DNA from: an uncultured virus (IMG/VR IMGVR_UViG_3300013121_000030)
Taxonomy: Duplodnaviria; Heunggongvirae; Uroviricota; Caudoviricetes
DNA length: 64,000 nucleotides
IMG/VR virus record: IMGVR_UViG_3300013121_000030
Location: 1 to 64,000 of that record
Reading direction: 5' to 3' (one strand)
A model generated the notes under the pieces. It was not told the DNA's origin. It did not search any database and saw only the letters and a program-made list of their open reading frames with translations. A program made the position numbers and the translations under genes. Positions within the stretch are counted from its first letter, which is position 1. Every line of letters begins with the position of its first letter. Positions 27,562 to 35,212 of this stretch are shown in pieces.

Positions 27562-27575
27562 AGCTAGGAGTCAAC

Positions 27576-27603
27576 AGTATCACTGTTGGTCCCCATGTTA
27601 CAC
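27576..27603 (-). promoter_or_regulatory. weaker promoter-family copy GTGTAA-N16-GATACT
   Basis: TTACAC 27598-27603; degenerate -10 and 16-nt spacer. Confidence 0.45.
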
Positions 27604-27650
27604 AACAAATCTATGTGAGTCACGGGGCCCACAAAGATCCTGAATCCCCT

Positions 27651-28775
27651 TCAGGTGTGGTCGAGAATGGAAAGGATGATACGGTCGATGGCTTCCCGAT
27701 CAGGAGCCCGAGGGAGGCAGGTTGGGGCGTCCTTGATGATGGACTCCAGACGACGAAACTCCGCCTCCAGCTCCTCGTAGCGAAGGCTGCCACGGCGGAC
27801 CGCGAGCAGCTCCTCTGCGTCAGGACGACGGACGAGGACTTGCCCAGTGGTGAGGATCTCCAAACACATCCTGGAGAGCCGAAGGAGATGGGAGGCATGT
27901 TTGGTGTCGTAGCCGAAGTCTGCTTCCAACTTCTGGCGCGCCGGGTTCCGCTCCGTCTTCCACTTGAGGTAGGAATTCCAGTGTGCAAGCGCAGCACGGT
28001 AGCGCTTCTCCGCAGAGATAATGGAGCGGATTCCTTCCGGGACACCCAGATCCTGGGCCGCGAGGTCCTCAACAGACTCACGACCCTCAGCCTTCAGGAC
28101 TGCCTCCCAAAAGTCCAACATGCGCTCTCGCAATACATCGAGGGGAGCACCCTCAAGGAGGTGGTCTGCATCCCAGGAACGAACCCGCTCCTGGATGGCC
28201 TCCTCGATCTCTGATCGCACGTTGGCGGGGAGCAGCGAACTTTCAGGGAGGCCAAACTCCCTCCGCTCAGGCTTGGCCTTGGGAGGTCGGAGGAGCCACT
28301 CCCGATGAGACTGGATCCGCCGAAACTGAGAGACGGCGTACCCCATGAACGTAAACCTGCACCGCTGACTCAAGAACAGGCTACGAGCCTCTCGAATCGT
28401 CTTCCACGGCAGGGAATCCACCACGATGCAGTCTTCAGGGAGAAAGAGCAGCTCCAACATGTTCGGGTTGGCATCCGACATGAGACTCACAGCCTTGTGG
28501 AGACCAAAGATCACTGTGTCCTGCCACGAGCCGCGCAGTGCCTCCAAGTATGCCGAAGGGAGCTTCCGCGAGAACGCCCGCTCCAGGACCTCTCGATCCG
28601 GAGCCGAAGGTTCCCCCTGGAACTGATCGAACTTCCGAAAGAAAGACTCCCGAATCTCTCGTGGCGGGATACAAACACCCCGCAGATCGAGGTCAGAAGT
28701 TGGAGTCGCCATGCCATAGGCATGGGACCCTGAGATCCCCAGGAAGATGACCGAAGGTGCAAGATCGAAGTGCAT
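27651..28775 (-). CDS. Pol-beta-superfamily nucleotidyltransferase (RlaP/YcgL-like)
   Basis: GSHAYG...SDLDLRGV, NPNMLELLF, GYA..Q and GYDTKHASHLLRL motifs. Confidence 0.88.
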   Translation of the reverse strand: MHFDLAPSVIFLGISGSHAYGMATPTSDLDLRGVCIPPREIRESFFRKFDQFQGEPSAPDREVLERAFSRKLPSAYLEALRGSWQDTVIFGLHKAVSLMSDANPNMLELLFLPEDCIVVDSLPWKTIREARSLFLSQRCRFTFMGYAVSQFRRIQSHREWLLRPPKAKPERREFGLPESSLLPANVRSEIEEAIQERVRSWDADHLLEGAPLDVLRERMLDFWEAVLKAEGRESVEDLAAQDLGVPEGIRSIISAEKRYRAALAHWNSYLKWKTERNPARQKLEADFGYDTKHASHLLRLSRMCLEILTTGQVLVRRPDAEELLAVRRGSLRYEELEAEFRRLESIIKDAPTCLPRAPDREAIDRIILSILDHT

Positions 28776-28782
28776 CAGGCAC

Positions 28783-28811
28783 AGTGTAGCACGCCGAGCG
28801 CCAGATTACAC
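28783..28811 (-). promoter_or_regulatory. promoter GTGTAA-N17-TACACT
   Basis: Exact family match; ATG 7 nt downstream. Confidence 0.82.
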
Positions 28812-28978
28812 TGTGGTTGGAGAAAGTCGTGGGAAAACAGGGAGGGTTCTTCCCCAGCCAGAAGACTCGTGCCTAAACCCTTGCGGGATCACTGACTTGA
28901 AGTCTCAGACCCGAAAGCCGAAGAGCACGAGGAAGATGATGAGCGAGGAGAGGAGGATGAGAAGGAGAGCGCGCATGG

Positions 28979-29473
28979 CTACACGATGGTGGTGCTGCTG
29001 TGGTTGTGGCGATCGATGATCGTGACCGTGCCGGACCAACCCAAGCGACGGACCAGGGCGAGGTCTCGCTCCCTCTCCCCAAGGCAAGGAACCGTCAGGG
29101 AGACCGCAGGCGAGGAGCAGTTCAGCACGATGTAGGGGTTGTTCACCCCCACGATGATGACGACATCCTCGACCGTGAACGAGAGGAGATTCCCTGTGGG
29201 AATCTGCACACACCCATTCTCACGGGGAACGGGGTCTGTGGAGGGCCCCTTGACAGGGAGATTGAAGTTGGAAGGCTTCCCGAGTCGCTCCCACCGAGCG
29301 TAGAGCCCATTCCACGACGGATGGGGGACAAGAGGGGAATCCAATGCCTCACGGCGAAGAGTCTCTTCGAGTCCCTCCCCCATCAGCTTGTTGGGGGCCT
29401 CAGCACAGAGGTCGGCTGCGCCCACGTGGTAGACCCACCCTCGAAAGTGGGGATTGGTGTAGTTTTGATTCAT
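28979..29473 (-). CDS. hypothetical protein
   Basis: From MNQNYTNPHFRGW; GAGG SD and family promoter directly upstream. Confidence 0.6.
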   Translation of the reverse strand: MNQNYTNPHFRGWVYHVGAADLCAEAPNKLMGEGLEETLRREALDSPLVPHPSWNGLYARWERLGKPSNFNLPVKGPSTDPVPRENGCVQIPTGNLLSFTVEDVVIIVGVNNPYIVLNCSSPAVSLTVPCLGERERDLALVRRLGWSGTVTIIDRHNHSSTTIV

Positions 29474-29482
29474 GTCTACCTC

Positions 29483-29511
29483 AGTATAGCATGTCAGTGC
29501 CGGAGTTACAC
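29483..29511 (-). promoter_or_regulatory. promoter GTGTAA-N17-TATACT
   Basis: Exact spacing, TG-extended; -35 overlaps the phosphatase stop codon. Confidence 0.8.
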
Positions 29512-30012
29512 ACGGCGGATTTGACGGACACTTTGGGTGAGCCGGCCGCCCAAGCCAAACAACTGGTCTGCCATCTGGATCATGGCGGAGTTTGGACAGG
29601 CAATGGGCCTGTCCTTCAATACCCATTCGAGAGCGGCATCCACGCCGCCCTGAGTCTTGGGCAAGTGCCGTAGGTAGGAAATCAAGGCAGCCGCCGTGCT
29701 TCGGCTGATGCCGGCATAGCAGTGACACAACACTCGCATCTCAGGGCGGATGTGGGTGGCAAACTTGGCGATCGCCTCAACATCTTCTTGGGAAGGCATT
29801 TGGTATCCCGCAAAGGGCCGAGAGATGTCGTGGAAAAGAAGACGAAGAGAGTTTGGTGGGAGTCCGGGAGGGGGTTCTTCAGCAAAGGACTCTCCATGGA
29901 TTGCCGGATCCCCAATGGAGATCGCTAGATCCCATTTTTCGGCAAGAAGAGCCTCTTCGGTCTCTTCAAGGGAGAGGACCCGGATTTGAAAAGGTTGGGT
30001 GAGATGGGGCAT
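29506..30012 (-). CDS. Cys-based (PTP/dual-specificity-like) phosphatase
   Basis: HCYAGISRSTA (CX5R), FHD acid loop, R..ACPN. Confidence 0.88.
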   Translation of the reverse strand: MPHLTQPFQIRVLSLEETEEALLAEKWDLAISIGDPAIHGESFAEEPPPGLPPNSLRLLFHDISRPFAGYQMPSQEDVEAIAKFATHIRPEMRVLCHCYAGISRSTAAALISYLRHLPKTQGGVDAALEWVLKDRPIACPNSAMIQMADQLFGLGGRLTQSVRQIRRV

Positions 30013-30020
30013 AGGACTCT

Positions 30021-30063
30021 CAACCTACCAAAAAGGGGAGGCAGGACAAACCAGCCTCCCCTT
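30021..30063 (-). terminator. intrinsic terminator after the TROVE gene
   Basis: Minus strand AAGGGGAGGC...GCCTCCCC followed by TTTTT. Confidence 0.75.
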
Positions 30064-30085
30064 ACGGGATCCCAGATACCCTTTG

Positions 30086-31693
30086 TCAGGCCAGCGGGAT
30101 CGTGCGGATCTCGTCGGCCATGTTGTCGACCTTCCCAGAGAGGATCCTCTGGACCAGGGGGAAGATCGCGTCGCTGAAACCAGCGATGTGGTGTGCGCCC
30201 GCCACCTTCTCCTTCAAGAGGGAGTAGCCGCCCCCAGAGAGGTCGATGCAGACCATCTGCGCCTTGGGGGAGAACTTGTTCCGCCACTCCACCCAGCTCT
30301 GAGCGAGTGGGGCCCCACGACTCCAGGTGTTCCCATTGAGGTGGCCATAGCTCTCCGTGTCGGAGAGGACGAGGACGGTATCCACCACAACCTTGTGCTT
30401 CTTCATCCACTCCGTTGCCTCGTGGAGGTAAGTCCCTCCCCCTCCGTAGGAGGAGATCTTCCTCTGGAGAGAGAGAATCGAGTCCCGCGGGTTGAGGTCC
30501 ATGGGGTGAATGGAGGTGTCCACCCCCATGACCCGGCATGAGGTGGGGTTCTGCTTCAGGACAGCCGCAGCGAAGACCGCGGCCACATCAGTCACCCGCA
30601 TGGAGGATGACGAAGATCCGCGATTGCCCGTGAGGGGCGAACCCATGGAGCCAGAGACGTCGACCCACACCATCACGTTCCCCTGAATCCAGGGGACGCT
30701 CTTGAGTGAGATCTCCAGAGCGTCCTGGAGAGCATCCTGGAGCTTGGCCTGGGCCAGGCCCATCGAGGAGTCGACCTTGGAGAGCGCAGCCAGGATCTGG
30801 GTGGGCCACACCCTGGAACGGACAATCTCCTCCTCTGACCGGAGCCGGTCACACACCAACGAGAGGGTGGAGGTGTTGGAGAAGACCCCATGACGAGCGA
30901 AGGTTGCCAGGTTCATGCGGATCGCATGCCACCCCATCTTGGGGATGAGGTGGGTCCACTCCGTTGCCGTGAAGGCGTGAATGCCCTCCAGAAGACGGTG
31001 CTCGATGCCCTGGGGCATGTCCTCGATGCGCCCACTCTCCTTCCACTTCAGGACCTCCTGAAGTGCCTGGGGAGCCTTCTCGGGCTGGTACGGGAACCCA
31101 CAGACGTGGGCCCACAGCGCAGCCTGGGCCTCGTCAGCCGGCTTGGGGTGGCAGATGCGGATCACATCCGCAAGGGACATCCCCCCATCACCCACGGACT
31201 CCGAGAGGATCCGCTTGGGGTGCTTGCTGGTGAGGTAGTTTCGCACATAGCGACGCCACGTGCGGGGGACCGAATGCTTCCCCTTCTCACCGCTCCGGAG
31301 GATCTGGGTGACGTTGCGGATGATCTTGCCGTTGTCCGCCACCTTGGGAGCGACCTTCTCAGCCAGAACCGCATCCTTGCGGAGGAGAGCCGCAAGGAGG
31401 TAGGACGGCATGTCCTTCATGAACCCGAACTGGCGGCTCCAGATCGCCGTCTGGGCGATGAACTCGGGCGAGCATCGATCGACGAGCTTGCGCACCTCGT
31501 CGAGGTTCGTCTCGGCCGAGACGTAGAACGAATCCGCGAGACATCCCGCAGCGGCGAAGCGCGCGAGCGCGCTCTCATCCGTGAGCGAGTATGCTCGACC
31601 ACCCGCCGCGTTACGGGTGTTTGCAGCGGGCACGTGGGAAGGAGAGTTGGGGTTGGCCGCAGGGCGGCTCGGAAAGAGCGTCTTGAGAGTCAT
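30086..31693 (-). CDS. TROVE-domain (Ro60/Rsr-like) RNA-binding protein with vWA domain
   Basis: NAAGGRAY, FMKDMP, RMNL.TF.RHGVF, vWA MIDAS DVSGSM, GGGT, SDTES, IAGFSD. Confidence 0.92.
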   Translation of the reverse strand: MTLKTLFPSRPAANPNSPSHVPAANTRNAAGGRAYSLTDESALARFAAAGCLADSFYVSAETNLDEVRKLVDRCSPEFIAQTAIWSRQFGFMKDMPSYLLAALLRKDAVLAEKVAPKVADNGKIIRNVTQILRSGEKGKHSVPRTWRRYVRNYLTSKHPKRILSESVGDGGMSLADVIRICHPKPADEAQAALWAHVCGFPYQPEKAPQALQEVLKWKESGRIEDMPQGIEHRLLEGIHAFTATEWTHLIPKMGWHAIRMNLATFARHGVFSNTSTLSLVCDRLRSEEEIVRSRVWPTQILAALSKVDSSMGLAQAKLQDALQDALEISLKSVPWIQGNVMVWVDVSGSMGSPLTGNRGSSSSSMRVTDVAAVFAAAVLKQNPTSCRVMGVDTSIHPMDLNPRDSILSLQRKISSYGGGGTYLHEATEWMKKHKVVVDTVLVLSDTESYGHLNGNTWSRGAPLAQSWVEWRNKFSPKAQMVCIDLSGGGYSLLKEKVAGAHHIAGFSDAIFPLVQRILSGKVDNMADEIRTIPLA

Positions 31694-31734
31694 GGCGAGT
31701 GTCCAATGTCCTTGTGAAGGTTGTTGACTCGGGG

Positions 31735-31763
31735 AGTGTAGCACGTCCCCATCTAAGTTACAC
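31735..31763 (-). promoter_or_regulatory. promoter GTGTAA-N17-TACACT
   Basis: Exact family match upstream of TROVE. Confidence 0.82.
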
Positions 31764-31764
31764 G

Positions 31765-31810
31765 AAAAAAACGAGGTCAAGGACGCGCCATGTGCGCATC
31801 TCTGACCTCA
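31765..31810 (-). terminator. intrinsic terminator
   Basis: GAGGTCA...TGACCTC stem followed by a T7 tract on the minus strand. Confidence 0.7.
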
Positions 31811-31838
31811 CTTCAGACCCACGACAGGGTCTCAGTCC

Positions 31839-32444
31839 TCAAGAGAGGCCCAAGCGTCGGAGGAGCCAAACCTTTATTTGTTTGAGGTTCATGTCTGGGA
31901 AGCTGTTTGTGCTCTTGTGGTCATGCAGGAGCTTGGCGCCCTTTTCGTGGAGTCCTTCGCTGACGATCCAATTCACATCGCCCTCTTGGTTATGGACCCA
32001 GCCCCAAAGTTGACCATTGACGAAGATCTTCCAGGTGTTGATACCTGACTTCTGGCTCTCTTTTGAGGCGTAAGTGAACCTCACGCCATAATTGCCAGAC
32101 ATGACCAGTTTCCTAAACTCTAGTGCTGCGATCCCCTTTTCCGTGATTTTCCACCAGTCACCGAGGGAAGAAAACCCGGGAGAAGTGTGTTCCCAGGCCA
32201 CGAGACCTTCCTTCGCCATCTTCTCATACAATCTCTCAAAAAAAGCATTGTTTGCAGTTGGGCCAAAACGCCGATCCCCTTGAGGCTTCAGCAGGTCCTT
32301 CAGGAGTAGCTCTTCGTCTTCCGAGATAGTCTTTGGAACGGGATTAGGCCCAGGTTCCTGCGCCATTCCAGGAGGCCGGCGTGGTGAGAAGTTCAGGCCA
32401 GCGGCGAGTCTTTTGAGGCTTGAACGAAGTTGTTTTGGGGTCAT
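31839..32444 (-). CDS. hypothetical protein (N-terminal KRLA motif)
   Basis: MTPKQLRSSLKRLAAG...; AGGA SD. Confidence 0.55.
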   Translation of the reverse strand: MTPKQLRSSLKRLAAGLNFSPRRPPGMAQEPGPNPVPKTISEDEELLLKDLLKPQGDRRFGPTANNAFFERLYEKMAKEGLVAWEHTSPGFSSLGDWWKITEKGIAALEFRKLVMSGNYGVRFTYASKESQKSGINTWKIFVNGQLWGWVHNQEGDVNWIVSEGLHEKGAKLLHDHKSTNSFPDMNLKQIKVWLLRRLGLS

Positions 32445-32509
32445 GCGAGGTTCCTGGGCATAGTCCATTCACCGTCAATGTGCCTTGTGGGTGGGGTATG
32501 AGGCATACC

Positions 32510-33775
32510 ATGTCTAAAAAGTCGAGCAAGCCCCCCAAACCAAAAATCTACTGGAAGATTCGGTTGTCTCAACTTGGGGATGCTGTGATCGAAGTTGCAT
32601 CTTGGACCCAGACTGCACTCCCCCTAGCTCTCAATCCAAAGGTGGCAACGGGGCTTGGGTTTCTCACAGGGATTCTCACCCTTCGGAAGAGGACTCTTGG
32701 AACAAATCATCCTTCCAAGGTCCTGGAAGGGTGGTCTGAAGTTCTTGAGGATTTCCCCAACACTGAGGTTGTTAAGAAGATCCTTCGGCTGGCGGATGGG
32801 GTGCATGTCCAGGGAAAAGGTTTCTCTGACCGGGATCCGTGGGCAGCAGGAAGTGCATCCTTTACGCTGCGGCACACCACGTTTCAGCACGAGACAATTA
32901 ACATCCTCGAAGTCGCGCATGGGGGCCAGGGGAATCAGGTCCACACCATTTATACAGACCAACCCATTCTCTTCAAAGAATGGTTCTCGGAGAAGTTCTG
33001 GGAGGCTTACTCTCCAGCCAAGATTTGTTATGAGGATCTGTATTTTCGGCCTCGGACTCTGGACGTCGGGAAAGAAAAGGAGGTGGATCCTGAGTTCCCA
33101 ATGCCCGCGTACTGCAAACCTCTCATTGAAGATATCAAGCAGGCACATTCCGTGGGGAAAACTAGGAACCTAGTTTTCACGGGTCCTCCAGGGATTGGCA
33201 AATCTACCATGGTCCGTCAGATTGCCTGTCAGGTTGGGGCTTCGCGGATCCTCAGTATGAGTGGAAGTGGCTGGAATGTGATCTCTGCTCTGGTAACGGT
33301 GGCGGAGATGCTGAAGCCCCAGGTCCTGATCATAGATGATTTGGATGCCATGGGGGCATTTGGAGCCAACTCACTGGGATTCTTCGAGTCTCGGAAATTC
33401 CCTCTGATCATGGCGACCATCAACGACCCGAAGAAATTTGGGGACGCAGATCAGATTGGGGCGTTCTTTCGTTGTGGACGTTTCGACCGATTCCTCCGTG
33501 TTGAATCCTCGCATCTTGGGGAGATCCAAGACTTTTTACGCCGACGAATCCCGTTCTCGGACCAGGTTGAGATTCCTGAACTACCCCCCGCTTATCTCCA
33601 AGAAATCGTCAACCTGTCACGGACTGCCGGCACGCCCCAAGATGTAGAATCCGCCGTCAGAATCGTCCGAGAGCACTACGATTTTCTTCAAAGCATCCAA
33701 TCAGGGGCCGCAAAGAAGGATGGGGGGTCCGCCGCCGCGGTTGCGGATCCCGACATTGCGGAGGCAAAGGAGTAG
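32510..33775 (+). CDS. AAA+ ATPase
   Basis: GPPGIGKST, LIIDDLD, ATIN and RCGRFD motifs. Confidence 0.82.
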   Translation: MSKKSSKPPKPKIYWKIRLSQLGDAVIEVASWTQTALPLALNPKVATGLGFLTGILTLRKRTLGTNHPSKVLEGWSEVLEDFPNTEVVKKILRLADGVHVQGKGFSDRDPWAAGSASFTLRHTTFQHETINILEVAHGGQGNQVHTIYTDQPILFKEWFSEKFWEAYSPAKICYEDLYFRPRTLDVGKEKEVDPEFPMPAYCKPLIEDIKQAHSVGKTRNLVFTGPPGIGKSTMVRQIACQVGASRILSMSGSGWNVISALVTVAEMLKPQVLIIDDLDAMGAFGANSLGFFESRKFPLIMATINDPKKFGDADQIGAFFRCGRFDRFLRVESSHLGEIQDFLRRRIPFSDQVEIPELPPAYLQEIVNLSRTAGTPQDVESAVRIVREHYDFLQSIQSGAAKKDGGSAAAVADPDIAEAKE

Positions 33776-33776
33776 C

Positions 33777-34250
33777 TCAGCCGAAGTCGTAGGCCACTAG
33801 CCGGCCATCTACGGTGAGGCCCACTTGGCAGCAGTCAATGCTATTGACCCAAGGGGGCAAGGTATTTGGAAGTTCTTGGCTGACCCACTCCATGCAGGAG
33901 ATGCACACCCCAAACCTTTGGGTCAACTCCTGGTGAATCCAGCTTTTGGCCAAGTTGGGGTTTCCCTGTTGGCGGATTTCGGAAAAGTTGGCAGCTTCCC
34001 CCTCCTCCCAGTGGGGGATCTTCACTACATGGTCCTCACACAAGAACACAATGCGGTGTCGTCCGATCCCAATCGGATTGCCAAAGAGCCGCATGGCTTC
34101 CGCCTCAGGGCGGAGGTACCGTTCAATCTCGGGGAGGCCACTTTTGACCAGTCGCTTCCAGTGGGGGATATGGTCCCACCATCCCAGGCGGGATCCCATG
34201 GGCATCGGTTTCCCCAGATTAAACTTCATGCCGTTGAAGTCGAACTTCAC
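33777..34250 (-). CDS. minimal protein-kinase-like phage protein
   Basis: IGIGRHRIVF (Gly loop), VVKIP, N..E, terminal YDFG. Confidence 0.55.
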   Translation of the reverse strand: MKFDFNGMKFNLGKPMPMGSRLGWWDHIPHWKRLVKSGLPEIERYLRPEAEAMRLFGNPIGIGRHRIVFLCEDHVVKIPHWEEGEAANFSEIRQQGNPNLAKSWIHQELTQRFGVCISCMEWVSQELPNTLPPWVNSIDCCQVGLTVDGRLVAYDFG

Positions 34251-34256
34251 CTATCA

Positions 34257-34285
34257 AGGGTAGCACTATGAGGCACGAGTTACAC
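34257..34285 (-). promoter_or_regulatory. promoter GTGTAA-N17-TACCCT
   Basis: Exact spacing, TG-extended; GTG start 6 nt downstream. Confidence 0.8.
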
Positions 34286-34442
34286 GGAGGATGCGATGTG
34301 TAGGACGTGGAAGACAATCCAGGGGGTTCTGTTTGCTACTCCTGTTCTGGTGTGGGTGTGGGTAGGTCGTATGAGGACCTGGAAGGAAGAGTAATCTGGC
34401 GCACGATAGCGTCCTTATCCCCTCCCGTTACCAGAGGGGACG

Positions 34443-34739
34443 ATGCCGCAACCTACAAATAACTCAAGGGACGGCGTGGGGATGTCGGGGTTCTTGGACA
34501 TCGCCATGAAGATCTTGGCTTCATTGGTGGTGCCTTTAATTATTTGGGCGGTTAAGCTTGAGGTTACCAACGCCTTGCAAGATGAGAGAATCAATGAGTT
34601 GCAAGGTGACCTGTCCAAGCTCTCGAATATCACGTCGCAAGTTCAAACCATCAATCTGTCGCTAGTCGGGCTGGAGGCCAAGATCCAAAATGTCAACGAA
34701 AAAGTCGCTAACATCGAAGATCTTCTTCGGTCTCATTAG
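34443..34739 (+). CDS. putative i-spanin (N-terminal TM plus coiled coil)
   Basis: TM ILASLVVPLIIWAV then heptad repeats; 3' end overlapped by a lipoprotein gene. Confidence 0.5.
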   Translation: MPQPTNNSRDGVGMSGFLDIAMKILASLVVPLIIWAVKLEVTNALQDERINELQGDLSKLSNITSQVQTINLSLVGLEAKIQNVNEKVANIEDLLRSH

Positions 34740-34938
34740 CCTGTTGGGGTGTGAGGGGACTGAAGACCCCAATCAAGAGTCCTCAGCCGAACAACTCCAC
34801 ACCGAGTTGGAAGAGTGTTCAACAAGGGTTCAGTCAGGCCTCAGCTCTCTTCAGGAGACAGAAGAGACATTGGACACAATTCTTCAAAGAATGCTGGAGG
34901 ACGAGGGTAGGGTGGGAAACAATGAGCAACACCACTGA
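34690..34938 (+). CDS. lipoprotein, putative o-spanin
   Basis: MSTKKSLTSKIFFGLISLLGC lipobox; starts inside the previous gene in the +1 frame. Confidence 0.55.
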   Translation: MSTKKSLTSKIFFGLISLLGCEGTEDPNQESSAEQLHTELEECSTRVQSGLSSLQETEETLDTILQRMLEDEGRVGNNEQHH

Positions 34939-35188
34939 ATCCCCTGAGGTTTTTGGCCAACTGACCCCTGAAGAGGTCCAACAGATCTCTGCCTTCAAGA
35001 AGTCCTTCGAGGAGGTCCTTCGGACTCTTGGGGAGTTGAAGATGCGCGAGGCACAACTGGTCAAGCAGGGCACAATGCTTGACGAGGCTGCCGCCGAACT
35101 TCTGAAGACCATCGCGGTCCGGATTGGGGTTGGACATGACCTGTCGGGGTACGCGATTCGTCAAGATGGATCGGTGATCAAAGTATAG
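34922..35188 (+). CDS. hypothetical coiled-coil protein
   Basis: From MSNTTESPEV. Confidence 0.5.
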   Translation: MSNTTESPEVFGQLTPEEVQQISAFKKSFEEVLRTLGELKMREAQLVKQGTMLDEAAAELLKTIAVRIGVGHDLSGYAIRQDGSVIKV

Positions 35189-35212
35189 ACACGATCCCCA
35201 TAAGAGGGGATT

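Noticed and set aside
29990-31840. tRNA-like Y RNA (YrlA) next to TROVE
   Set aside because: The flanking intergenic spaces are short and explained by terminators and a promoter; no T-arm-like motif was seen
34296-34394. 32-aa hydrophobic ORF with two RTWK repeats (also a 23-aa hydrophobic ORF at 28905..28976)
   Set aside because: Too short to support without homology or expression data
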